This document shows positions 43,036-55,876 of a stretch of DNA of 64,000 nt, piece by piece. Positions within the stretch are counted from its first letter, which is position 1, and every line of letters starts with the position of its first letter. The translations under genes and the position numbers were made by a program. The stretch lies in the NCBI RefSeq assembly GCF_009914755.1, contig NC_060928.1; one strand, given 5' to 3'. The notes beneath the pieces were generated by a model. The model was given only the letters and a program-made list of their open reading frames with translations, ran no database searches and was not told the origin of the DNA. The stretch is from the human T2T-CHM13v2.0 reference genome, Homo sapiens.

Positions 43036-45059
43036 TAATAAAAATAGCCAAAATATAAGCCTTTCACAATTTTAGTACATTACTACTAGTCTTTAGAGGG
43101 AAGTGATCAAAAGTAGTAAAATTATGAAGCTTATGGCATTTTACAAATTTATTTCAAACATGAGTCTTGGGCTACATTTACTGACTCCATTTTTACATGT
43201 AACTGGAAACTAAGTTGAACTTCTAGCCCCAATTTTTAATTCCTGTATTTGGGATCAACTCTTCCATCCCTCTAACTCTTCGTTTAGAGCTGGTCATTTG
43301 AACCTCTTCATACAGAATGGGTACTTTTTACATCATGTGGGCCTGAACGTGCAAAAAGGAAAAGAATGAGTTATAAAAAGGCTCTGATCTCCAAGGTCCT
43401 GTTGTCTCAACAAACTCTATTTCATTGAGCCTCTTTCCCATTACAAAACTGTTCATATCTGTAATTTTTCTCTCAAGTATTCACTAAGAATTGTTTCTGT
43501 TCTTTCTTTTGGTGGGATGAGAATATTTGGAAATGCTGATTGGAAGTACCATATGCCTATCTCTGCCCTTTCTTTAAAGGATCATGTTTGCTTAGTATTT
43601 TCTGTGTCACAGAATCAAATATTTACCCTCCCTGCAGCAGTAACGGCTGTTCTTAAAATCATTTACTTTCTTCTACAATAGAGTACTTCTGACTAATTTT
43701 TTCATGTCCAGAGATGTGTGCTTTACATTTATGTGTTGGAGGATGCTGGTACCAACCAAGTGGCTATGTGATGAATGTGTTGTTTTTTGGTCTCTTTGTT
43801 TAATCTCATGTTTCTGGGTGGGCCAGAGTTGAATTTTGAACTAATGAATTTTGAAATATCAAACTCATACATCTGGACTCTAACATGCAATTGTTTCACA
43901 ATCACGAACAATCTGTAAATATTAAATTGGCTTGAGAGTCTAAGTATTTTAAGACACAATAAAGCAGTACCTCTTTAATTCCACATTTCAAATAGGGCCT
44001 CTCAACCAATCAAATGTATGCCTCACATTGAATTTTGAAGAGTGCAGGGAAATTGCCATTCCAGAAAAACAGATAGTCCTAAGGTAGGTAAGAATTCCCA
44101 TTCTTTTCTGAACTTATAGACGATAAAGTTTAGCAACTAAATAAAAATTTAAAGGAAACATTTTAAAACTTAGATTATTTATTTCCTCCTCAATTGGTTC
44201 AGGGAATTTAAGCTATAAAAAAAATAGAATAAAATCACCCGTGATAAACATCTGGTTGAGTTTTGCTAGTTATTTGTATTTTAAGCATTCCAGCTTTCAC
44301 TATTTGAATGAATGGAAGTGGGATAATTGTTACTGTTCATAACTCTGAACTTTCAAAAGAGAACATAGCATTGTTTTTGAAACCTTAGTAATGTGGGAAA
44401 TTGTTTGTCATTCAATTAACTTGCTCATTTTTGGTGAACATTGCATGCCCCAGCAGAAGTGGTGTGGTTTAATGGGTGGATTTTCTAGCTATCAGAGTCT
44501 CTAACTCTCTACTCAACGATAACCAGGGTGAAAGTGTCTGTTAGAACATAGGTCTCTTGTCCAGCTAGAGACCCTTTAAAGAAAGGAATCTGGGGAAAGT
44601 CTGGCAGAATTGTAAATAAAACATATGGTTTAGTTATACCAGAGTGGGTGCCCACAGAAACGAAATGCTTGATAATAAGCATTCCACTTATTTCTAAGTG
44701 GAGAAGAATATTCTTGTTTGATTTTATTACATAAGAATTTTGTTTTAGCAAAATATAGAACAGATGGAAAAATTCAATTGCCATTGGTAGCAGTTTTTGC
44801 CTGTTTCATGTGCAAAATAAATATGAAGATAATTAAGATAATTTCTAAATTACCACTAATTTACATGTTTTAGTGAAAATGGGCTGGTGTATTGTTCCTT
44901 AGATAATAGAGATTTAAAAAACGTTTCTTATGGCAAATTTTAATTGTATAAAACAGTAAAGAGAATAGTATAATGAAATCCCATTACCCACTATCAAATT
45001 TAAACAATCTGAATCACAGAAGTAACTTTTTTCTATCATAATTTCACAGAACTTGAGAA

Positions 45060-45200
45060 ACATTGGGCCTCAAAGAGATCAGCCTGGTAACAATAACAGT
45101 ATTTTGCAGATGTGGCGGTTGAGGGCTAACAAAATTGAGGGAGCTGACCAAAGTCACTCAGTAGCAAAGCCAGAAGTAGAAACCCTGTCTTCCAGTTGAC
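45060..45200 (-). mobile_element. MIR SINE fragment
   Basis: attttgcagatgtgg..ttgagggct...ccaaagtcactcagtagcaaagccagaagtagaaacc. Confidence 0.55.
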
Positions 45201-46421
45201 AGCTTAGCAGCATAAAATATGCAAACTTTATTTTTGATTTTCAGTTTTTTAAACTGGAAAGTGAAACTAATAATCATAATTTACAGTGTTGCTTTGAGTG
45301 GAAGCCATGTAAAGAGGCTAGGTCCTTTTCTGGAAAGTAATAGGTCATCCAAGACATAGATCCCTTTCTTTCCTTCCTCACTTATCTCTAGCATCTGTAA
45401 CCACACATGGTAAAAACCACTCTGTTCAGCCTGGGAGGCCACCCTGAAACAGAAACTTCAGCCCTGGGTGAAAAGCCTCTATCAGAAACCACAGAGGTTA
45501 GGAGGGAAGGTGGGAAAGCACAAATACCTAAGCTCAGAAAAGAAGGCGAAAATGTTAACAGTTGGCCTTCTGTCCAGAGAGGCAATCTGGAGTGGACAGT
45601 GTACAGCCAAATCCCCAAATCAGGCAGCTATTAATATATGAGCTAGACATCCCACAAGTCACACTTAGGACTGGGGCACTGTTCTGGTTTGTCTTAGGGA
45701 TCTGGATCTCTGGATTATGAGTAGAGCAGAGCTGATGAGGTGAGTGACAAATACTGAAAGGGAATTCATATGTAAGCACATTAAGGAGAGAAAAGAGAGG
45801 CAGAGGCTAAGATCAGATCAGAGATCAATTTTGCCCCGATGTTTGTTTCTTAAATGCCAACTAAAATAATTTTGGAATTTAATTTATTGCCTCTTTGTTT
45901 ATGCATGAATTCTTCATGTAGATGTCAGGTAATAGTGTAACATCTTAGCAATTTGTGAACATATGGAAACCAATGACTCTGTGTTCTTGGAATCTCTGCT
46001 GAGATTTTTATCTTGTAGCATGGACAAAGATCCCAATCAATGGGCATTGCCTGCAGCTGTTACATGCATGTAACAATCTACTTTTATTCAAGCGTACTGG
46101 AATCATTTGTCCACTGACTTCCTTTGAAGAGTGAAATGAAATAATAAGTTATAGTTAATGTTTCTGTTATTAAAAACTCTGCCTTTTAATGTATTAACTT
46201 TTTTTTCTTATTAAAGTGCTTATTAAGTAATAATCTCTTTGGCCTGGCTTACATGGTCAAATTGTCTGATATTATGAGCTTTGGTCACTTTCGAATTCCA
46301 CAAATAAATACCATAACATTTTTGTACAATATCACTTAATAAATCAAAATAACTTAAAATCTAGCCAATTATTGTTACTGTTTTTTTCCTTCTTAACACA
46401 TGTGTGTTTTATCAAATCTCA

Positions 46422-46748
<327 letters not shown>

Positions 46749-47060
46749 GTGCTGAATTTAGGCTTCTCTTTTGTCAGTTGGCAGAGAACATCTTACTATT
46801 AATGTAATTTGTTATTTAGAAATTCAAACTGGCATATAAGAAACATCTCACTCAAAATTGAGTCTTCTGCAGTTTAGAAATAATTTAAATGAAGCAACAA
46901 TATTTTATAACAATCGAAGTACCTAAAGTAAGACTTGAACACTTACCAAAGAAAATAATTTTTTTTTGTCTTTCTATAGTTCAGTAGTTCAAAAAATACA
47001 TAAAGCAAGCAGCAATCATTAACATATACTTCTGGCATTGTTTTTGTGATTAGCCCACTT

Positions 47061-47124
47061 TAACAGTAACTTTAGGGAATGGCTAACTTTAGGGAATGGC
47101 TAACAGTAACTTTAGTGAATGGCT
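47061..47124 (+). repeat. Short tandem triplication, 17-bp core taactttagggaatggc
   Basis: taacag-taactttagggaatggc-taactttagggaatggc-taacag-taactttagtgaatggc. Confidence 0.9.
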
Positions 47125-47655
47125 CACAAGGTGTTAAGTTTGATTGAGAAAGAGCAATGCATGGATGAGATGTGGATTCTAACAGGGTAGGTTGGTTGTA
47201 TACACTGCTTGGTGAGATCTGATAGAGGAGTGGGGAAGCCATGGAGAAACGTAAGTGGACGGAGGTAGGAAGTTAAGACCTAGAATAGGAAGTGCATGTA
47301 TGGTACACAGATAGACTTCACTTACCTCACATCTTTGACTTTGGCTGATCTCATTAGGATCGTATTATTTTACAAAACAAGTTCCATGACTTCCTCTGTA
47401 ACTCAATTTGCCATTCAACAATTCTTATAATCAAGACATTATTTTAATGCTTAATCAGAACTCATTCTTCTGTAAACTTAAATACTTTGCCATTTGCCCT
47501 AACCTTAGAGGAACTGACGAGGCACACATTGTCACACTTAAAAACTTGGCTTTGTGTTTGTTTGATCAAATAGGTCCATTTTTCTTATTTAAATTCATAG
47601 AAAGATTAAATTAAATAAATATTTTTTTGGCTACTGAGTGTTTTCAGATCCTAGT

Positions 47656-48024
47656 AATTATTGGTCTCCATTCTCATGCTACTTTAAGGACATACCCAAG
47701 ACGGGGTAATTTATAAAGGAAAGAAGTTTAATTGACTCACAGTTCTGCTGGGCTTGGGAGGCCTCAGGAAACTTACAATCATGGTGGAAGGGGAAGCAAA
47801 CATGTCTTTCTTCACATGGTGTCAGGAAGAAGAATGAGCAAAACGGGGAAAGCCCCTTATAAAACTATTAAATCTTGTGAGAACTAACTCATTATCATAA
47901 GAACAGGCTGGGATAAACTTCCCACATGATTCATATCTCCACCTGTTCCCTCCCAGGACACATAGGGATTATGGGAACTACAACTCAAGATGAGATTTGG
48001 GTGGGTCACAGCCAAACCATATCA
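47656..48024 (-). mobile_element. THE1D/THE1C-like solo LTR
   Basis: acatacccaagacggggtaatttataaaggaaag...ggcctcaggaaacttacaatcatggtggaagg...gagatttgggtgggtcacagccaaaccatatca. Confidence 0.92.
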
Positions 48025-49079
48025 GGTGTTAAGGACAGAAGGCTAATTACATCACTATTTCTGTTTATTTTACAGCTTTGTTTCCAAGACAGGATGTTAT
48101 TCATTCAAGTATAGTACACCAAAAAGGAAGGATGGTTCCATCTGTGAAAATATGATAATATGAGCTTTTACTGGACTAGGACTGATGAGTAAATGGAGAT
48201 AACTATATGTGTTACTTATAAATACTATATATTCTAGGTTTTGCAAGCAGGTTGATTTTTCTCTGCCTTAACTTTTGCAGGTAACCCAGTAATCATTTGA
48301 TGAGTTAAAGCATTTTCAAAAAGAATAGTTTTTAAAAAATCACACTGTGTTCCACTCCTATATGTCATCCCTTATCTTTGTTATTTTTTTTTAAACAGGT
48401 CCCAAATACTTACCAGCCATTTCTGCATTCCCCAATTTAGCACTGATGCATTTGACCTATTGAGAATTGGTACACTGAAATATATAATGGTAGACTGCAT
48501 ATTATGTTTAAATATCTTGATTATTTAAAAACTTAGCTTTGCAAATATGCTTAAGAAAACTACTATATTTTTACATTAATGCATTTCTAAATGTGTAATA
48601 TTTCTACAGAACAACTAATAGACTTGTAAAGATATCATTATTATCTACATCTGTCTCTTTCTCTGTGTGTGCAAATATCTATAAACAAACATGTAATAAA
48701 ACATGCTAAAACATTAGTATTCTAAATATATTATTATATAGAAAAAGAAAGTATGCATTATACAAAATGTATTAAATGTTTGAAACGCATTTTAATCTAC
48801 ATGTGAATTCCGTAAACTCAAAGGTTAAAGGAACTTCACAGCTTAGTGGAGTCCATTCTGGTCTTTTTTTGCCTAATAAGTAAAGAGTATTGTTTCTATG
48901 GAAACTGCATTTAGAAAAAATAATAACTATTATTCCAAGTATTTAAATATCCATGATAAATTCAGTAGAATAATTTACTCTTTAGTGATAGAAATGCTTA
49001 AACATTTAGAATATATTGTACATTCTGATCAACGTACATATTTTACAGTTTAAAACTAAATTTCAAGAAGTTTCTTTTG

Positions 49080-49604
49080 GGCAACCCCCTTTGGGTCCCC
49101 TCCCTTTGTATGGGAGCTCTGTTTTCACTCTATTCAATCTTGCAACTGCACTCTTCTGGTCCGTGTTTGTTACGGCTCGAGCTGAGCTTTCTCCCGCCGT
49201 CCACCACTGCTGCTGGCTACCGTAGCAGACCCACCGCTGACTTCCATCCCTCCGGATCCAGCAGGGTGTCCGCTGTGCTCCTGATCCAGCGAGGCGCCCA
49301 TTGCTGCTCCTGATCAGGCTAGAGGCTTGCCATTGTGCCTGCATGATTAAGTGCTCAGGTTCGTCCTAATTGAGCTGAACACTAGTCACTGGGTTCCACG
49401 GTTCTCTTCCATGACCCACAGCTTCTAATAGAGCTATAACACTCACCGCATGGCCCCAGATTCCATTCCTTGGAATCCGTGAGGCCAAGAACCCCAGGTT
49501 AGAGAATGCGAGGCTTGCCACCATCTTGGAAAGGGCCCACCACCATGTTGGAAGCGGCCTGCCACCATCTTGGGAGCTCTGGGAGCAAGGACCCCCCGGT
49601 AACA
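49080..49604 (+). mobile_element. 5' LTR17 R-U5
   Basis: ggcaaccccctttgggtcccc...tcttgcaactgcactcttctggtccgtg...gcaaggaccccccggtaaca. Confidence 0.93.
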
Positions 49605-49607
49605 TTT

Positions 49608-49625
49608 TGGCAACCATGAAGGGAC
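49608..49625 (+). promoter_or_regulatory. Primer-binding site (tRNA-Arg-like)
   Basis: tggcaaccatgaagggac, 3 nt after the LTR terminal CA; followed by the candidate major splice donor TG|GTGAGT at 49636. Confidence 0.8.
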
Positions 49626-50306
49626 CTCCAAAGTGGTGAGTAATATTGGACCGCTTTCGCTTGCTGTTCTGTCTTATCCTTCCTTAGAATTGGAGGAAAA
49701 TACCAGGCACCTGTCGGCCAGTTAAAAACAATTAGCATGGCCACAGGACTTAAGACTCAGGTGTGAGGCTATCTGGGGAAGGGCTTTCTGACAACCCCCA
49801 ATCCTTCTGGGTTGGGGATGGATGTCTACCTCAAGCCAGCTTCCACTTTCAGTTTTCTTGGGGAAGCCCAGGGCCGACTAGAGGCAGAAAGCTGTCGTCC
49901 CGAACTCCCGGCAGTAGCTGGTTGAGATCATGGTGCAGCCAGAAGTCTCTACTCAACAGTCGCCCATGCGTGCGCCCCTACCTTTCCTTCTGACCCATAC
50001 CTCCTGGGTCCTGACCACGAATTTCTTGAAAGTGTAGCCCCAAAATTCTCCTTACCTCTGAATCTACTTCCTCTGATCCCTGCCTCCTAGGTACTAATGG
50101 TCCAGACTTTTATTTCCTTTAGCAAGTTATATCTCCAAAGGGATCTAAGGAAGCTCTACGCTGCATCCTTAGGCATCTAGGCTATAAACCCAGGGAGTCT
50201 TATCCCTGGTATCCCTCCCGATTTAGGTATACAGCTCTCAACATGGGCAGTTATGTGGGACCCATTCCCCACCACCCTTGCCGGGGCCCCGAGTTTGTAA
50301 TGGCTA

Positions 50307-50520
50307 AGAGGAGGAGAGAGAGAGACGGAGGAGAGAGAGACAGAGGAGAGACAGAGAGAGACAGAGGAGAGACAGAGAGAGACAGAGGAGAGACAGAGAG
50401 AGACAGAGGAGAGACAGAGAGAGACAGAGGAGAGAGAGAGAGATGGAGGAGAGAGAGAGAGGGAGACGAAGGGGAGAGACAGAGAGACAGAGTCAAAGAA
50501 AAAAGAGAAAGATAGAAATA
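50307..50520 (+). repeat. AG-rich expansion in the HERV-W leader, 21-bp unit gagagagacagaggagagaca x ~5
   Basis: Directly visible; translates as repeated ERDRGET. Confidence 0.92.
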
Positions 50521-51360
50521 GTAAACAAAAACAAAAACAAAAACAAAAAACAGTGTGCCCTATTCCTTTAAAAGCCAGGGTAAATTTAAAACCTATAATT
50601 GATAATTGAAGGTATTCTCCGTGACCCTATAACACTCCAATACCACTTTGTTGTCAGTGTAAATAAGGGCGTAGCCCGAAAGCACTGAGGCCACTGACAA
50701 CCGGTAGCCTTCCTATCAAAAATCCTTAACCCAGGAACCTGCGGGTGGCCCAAATGCATTCAATCTGTAGCGGCACCTGCTTTGCTAACAGAAGAAAGTA
50801 GAAAATTAGGCTTTAGAGGAAACCTCATTGTGAGCACACCTCACCGGTTCAGAACTATCCTAAGTCAAAAAAGCAAAAAGGTAGCTTACTCAAAAATCTT
50901 AAAGTATGGGGCTATTCTGTTAAAAAAAAAAAGGTAATTTAACAACAACCACTGATAATTCCCTTAACCCAGCAGATTTCCTAACAGGGGATTTAAATCT
51001 TAATTACCATACAAAGGTCCGACCAGACCTAGGAGGAATTCCCTTCAGGACAGGAAGACAGATGGTTCCTCCCAGGTGATTGAGGAAAAAACCACAATGG
51101 TTTTCAATTCAATAATTGATACGGAGACTCCTGTGGAAGCAGAGTTAGAAAAATCACCTAATAATTGGTCTTCTCAAACATGCGAGCTGTTTGCACTCAG
51201 CCAAGCCTTCCAGAATCAAAAGACTATCTCAACCCTGACTCAAAAGGTTACCTACGCCCTCTCTGAAATGAATTTGCATAATAACTGCTTTTATGGGAAT
51301 GCATCTTGTTGGGGCAGCTGGGTTGTTATGAAATACTCAGGAACCCAGCCCAACTCTAGG

Positions 51361-51726
51361 ACTCACCCCTGAGCACAAAGGCAATGTTGGGCACACTGGA
51401 AAAGGACCACTAGAATCCAGCAGCCTGGACCCCTTTTTTTGTGGTGAAGAAGGGCGGGAAAAGAGGTTCAGGACTGCTACATCGGTGAGCATAACTAATC
51501 CGATAAGAAGAGGTCCATGGGTGGTTACACACCTTGGAAAGGAACTCACCTCTGAGCGCAAAGGCAATGTTGGGCACTCTGGTAAATGACCACTAGAATC
51601 CAGCAGCCCAGGCCCCTTTCTTTGTGGTCAAGAAAGGCAGGAAAAGGGGTGCAGGACTGCTACATCGGTGAGCATAACTAATCTGATAAGCAGAGGTCCA
51701 TGGGTGGTTGCGCATTTTGGAAAAGA
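51361..51726 (+). repeat. 183-bp tandem duplication in the HERV-W pre-gag leader
   Basis: Units start with actcacc at 51361 and 51544; about 20 substitutions and no indels by manual alignment. Confidence 0.92.
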
Positions 51727-51815
51727 ATAAGCATTAGGCCCTTAGAGGATGCTCTAGGACTAATGCTCATTGGAAGATGACTAGGGGTGCTGGCATCCCT
51801 ATGTTCTTTTTTCAG

Positions 51816-53281
51816 ATGGGAAATGTTCCCCCGCCCCCCAGGCAAAAAATGCCCCTAAGATGTATTCTGGAGAATTGGGACCAATTTGACCCTCAGACAC
51901 TAAGAAAGAAACAACTTATATTCTTCTGCAGTACTGCCTGGCCATGACATCCTCTTCAAGGGGGAGAAACCTGGCCTCCTGAGGGAAGTATAAATTATAA
52001 CACCATTTTACAGCTAGACCTCTTTTGTAGAAAAGAAAGCAAATGGAGTGAAGTGCCATATGTACAAACTTTCTTTTCATTAAGAGACAACTCACAATTA
52101 TGTAAAAAGTGTGATTTATGCCCTACAGGAAGCCCTCAGAGTCTACCTCCCTACCCCAGCATCCCCCTGACTCCTTCTCCAACTAATAAGGACCCCCCTT
52201 CAACCCAAACAGTCCAAAAGGAGATAAACAAAGGGGTAAACAATGAACCAAAGAGTGCCAATATTCTGCGATTATGCCCCCTCCAAGCAGTGGGAGGAGG
52301 AGAACTTGGCCCAGCCAGAGTGCATGTACCTTTTTCTCTCTCAGACTTAAAGCAAACTAAAATAGACCTAGGTAAATTCTCAGATAACCCTGATGGCTAT
52401 ATTGATGTTTTACAAGGGTTAGGACAATCCTTTGATCTGACATGGAGAGATATAATGTTACTGCTAAATCAGACACTAACCCTGAATGAGAGAAGTGCCA
52501 CCATAACTGCAGCCTGAGAGTTTGGCGATCTCTGGTATCTCAGTCAGGTCAATGATAGGATGACAAGAGAGGAAAGAGAATGATTCCCCACAGGCCGGCA
52601 GGCAGTTCCCAGTGTAGACCCTCATTGGGACACAGAATCAGAACATGGAGATTAGTGCTGCAGACATTTGCTAACTTGTGTGCTAGAAGGACTAAGGAAA
52701 ACTAGGAAGAAGCCTGTGAATTATTCAATGATGTCCACTATAACACAGGGAAAGGAAGAAAATCCTACTGCCTTTCTGGAGAGACTAAGGGAGGCGTTGA
52801 GGAAGCATCCTTCCCTGTCACCTGACTTATTGAAGGCCAACTAATCTTAAAAGATAAGTTTATCACTCAGTCAGCTGCAGACATTAGAAAAAAACTTCAA
52901 AAGTCTGCCTTAGGCCTGGAGCAAAACTTAGAAACCCTATTGAACTTGGCAACCTCAGTTTTTTATAATAGAGATCAGGAGGAGCAGGTGGAATGGGACA
53001 AATGGAATTAAAAAAAGGCCACTGCTTTAGTCATAGCCCTCAGGCAAGTGGAATTTGGAGGCTCTGGAAAACGGAAAAGCTGGGCAAATCAAATGCCTAA
53101 TAGGGCTTGCTTCCAGTGCAGTCTACAAGGACACTTTAAAAAAGATTGTCCAGGTAGAAATAAACCGCCCCCTCATCCGTGCCCCTTATGTCAAGGGAAT
53201 CACTGGAAGGCCCACTGCCCCAGGGGATGAAGGTCCTCTGAGTCAGAAGCCACTAACCAGATGATCCAGCAGCAGGACTGA
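51816..53281 (+). pseudogene. gag: HERV-W gag, with stops and frameshifts
   Basis: ATG GGA AAT (MGN) after ttcttttttcag; [39 protein letters not shown]; zinc knuckles CFQCSLQGHFKKDC and CPLCQGNHWKAHC; ends QQQD-TGA. Confidence 0.93.
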
Positions 53282-55876
53282 GGGTGCCCGGGGCAAGCAC
53301 CAGCCCATGCCATCACCCTCACAGAGCCCCGGGTATGCTTGACCATTGAGGACCAGGAGGTTAACTGTCTCCTGGACACTGGCGCAGCCTTTTCAGTCTT
53401 ACTTTCCTGTCCCAGACAACTGTCCTCCAGATCTGTCACTATCCGAGGGGTCCTAGGACAGCCAGTCACTAGATACTTCTCCCAGCCACTAAGTTGTGAG
53501 TGGGGAGCTTTCTCTTTTCACATGCTTTTCTAATTATGCTTGAAAGCCCCACTCCCTTGTTAGGGAGAGACATTCTAGCAAAAGCAGGGGCCATTATACA
53601 CCTGAACATAGGAGAAGGAACACTCGTTTGTTGTCCCCTGCTTGAGGAAGGAATTAATCCTGAAGTCTGGGCAACAGAAGGACAATATGGACCAGCAAAG
53701 AATGCCCATCCTGTTCAAGTTAAACTAAAGGATTCCACCTCCTTTCCCTACCAAAGGCAGTACCCCCTTAGACCCGAGGCCCAACAAGGACCCCAAAAGA
53801 TTGTTAAGGACCTAAAAGCTCAAGGCCTAGTAAAACCATGCAATAGCCCCTGCAATACTCCAATTTTAGGAATACAGAAACCCAATGGACAGTGGAGGTT
53901 AGTGAAAGATCTCAGGATTATCAATGAGGCTGTTTTCCCTCTATACCCAGCTGTACCTAACCCTTACACTGTGCTTTCTCAAATACCAGAGGAAGCAGAG
54001 CGGTTTAGAGTCCTGGACCTTAAGGATGCCTTTTTCTGCTTCCCTATACATCCTGACTCTCAATTCTTGTTTGCCTTTGAAGATCCTTTGAACCCAACGT
54101 CTCAACTTACCTGGACTGTTTTACCTAAGGGTTCAGGGATAGCCCCCATCTATTTGGCCAGGCATTAGCCCAAGACTTGAACCAATTATCATACCTGGAC
54201 ACTCTTGTCCTTTGGTACGTGGATAATTTACTTTTATCCACCCGTTCAGAAACCTTGTGCCATCAAGCCATCCAAGCACTCTTAAATTTCCTCGCTACCT
54301 GTGGCTACGAGATTTCCAAACCAAAGGCTCAGCTCTGCTCACAGCAGGTTAAATACTTAGGGCTAAAATTATCCAAAGGCACCAGGGCCCTCAGTGAGGA
54401 ATGTATCAAGCCTATACTGGCTTATCCTCATCCCAAAACCCTAAAGCAACTAAGAGGGTTCCTTGGCATAACAGGTTTCTGCCGAATATGGATTCCCACG
54501 TACGGCAAAATAGCCAGGTCATTATATACACTAATTAAGGAAACTCAGAAAGCCAATACCTATTTAGTAAGATGGACACCTGAAGCAGAAGCAGCTTTCC
54601 AGGCCCTAAAGAGGGCCCTAACCCAAGACCCAGTGTTAAGCTTGCCAACAGGGCAAGACTTTTCTTTATATGTCACAGAAAAAACAGGAATAGCTCTAGG
54701 AGTCCTTACACAAGTCTGAGGGACAAGCTTGCAACCTGTGGCATACCTGAGTAAGCAAATTGATGTAGTGGCAAAGGGTTGGCCTCATTGTTTACGGGTA
54801 GTGGTGGCAGTAGCAGTCTTAGTATCTGAAGCAGTTAAAATAATACAGGGAAGAGATCTCACTGTGTGGACATCTCATGATGTGAATGGCATACTCACTG
54901 CTAAAGGAGACTTGTGGCTGTCAGACAACAGTTTACTTAAATATCAGGCTGTATTACTTGAAGGGCCAGTGCTGTGACTGTGCACTTGTGCAACTCTTAA
55001 CCCAGCCACATTTCTTTCAGACAATGAAGAAAAGATAGAACATAACTGTCAACAAGTAATTGCTCAAACATACCCTGCTCAAGGGAACCTTTTAGAGGTT
55101 CCCTTGACTGATCCCAACCTCAACTTGTATAGTGATGGAAATTCCTTCGTAGGAAAAGGACTTTGAAAAGTGGGGTATGCGGTGGTCAGTGATAATGGAA
55201 TACTTGAAAGTAATCCCCTCACTTCAGGAACTAGTGCTTAGCTGGCAGAACTAATAGCCCTCACTCGGGCACTAGAATTAGGATAAGGAAAAAGGGTATA
55301 TATATACACACTCTAAGTATGCTTACCTAGTCCTCCATGCCCATACAGCAATATGGAGAGAAAGGGAATTCCTGACTTCTGAGGGAACACCTATCAAACA
55401 TCAGGAAGCCTTTAGGAAATTGTTATTGGCTGTACAGAAACCTAAAGAGGTGGCAGTCATATACTGCCAGGGTCATCAGAAAGGAAAGGGAAATAGAAGG
55501 GAGCAGCCAAGTGGATATTGAAGCCAGGAGAACTGCAAGGCAGGACCCTCCATAAGAAATTCTTATAGAAGGACCTCTAGTATGGGGTAATCCTCTCCGG
55601 GAAACCAAGCCCCAGTACTCAGCAGGAGAAATAGAATAGGGAACCTCATGAGGACATACTTTCCTACCCTCAGGATGGCTAGCTACCGAAGAAAGAAAAA
55701 TACTTTTGCCTGCAGCTAACCAATAGAAATTACTTAAAACCCTTCACCAAACCTTCGACTTAGCCATTGATAGCACCCATCAGATGGCCAAATTATTATT
55801 TACTGGACCAGGCCTTTTCAAAACTGTCAAGCAGATAGTCAGAGCTTGTAAAGTGTGCCAAAGGAATAATCCCCTG
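53282..55876 (+). pseudogene. pol: HERV-W pro-pol (protease, RT, RNase H, truncated integrase), disrupted
   Basis: Protease LLDTGA; RT LDLKDAFF and YVDN (from YVDD), LRGFLGITGFCRIW; RNase H LYSDGNSF; ends just after the integrase Zn-finger C-K-V-C. Confidence 0.93.

Noticed and set aside
48255-48400. Strong-looking splice acceptors (ttttgcag at ~48280, tttaaacag at ~48398)
   Set aside because: No coherent open exon chain; lncRNA exons cannot be supported without transcript data.
49608-49625. tRNA-like sequence
   Set aside because: Only an 18-nt primer-binding site, not a tRNA gene.
50307-51726. 21-bp and 183-bp repeats as a CRISPR-like array
   Set aside because: They are tandem with no unique spacers, there are no cas genes, and the context is a primate ERV leader.
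53339-54977. Long protease/RT ORFs as functional retroviral genes
   Set aside because: Split by frameshifts and stops; catalytic YVDD reads YVDN; integrase is deleted.
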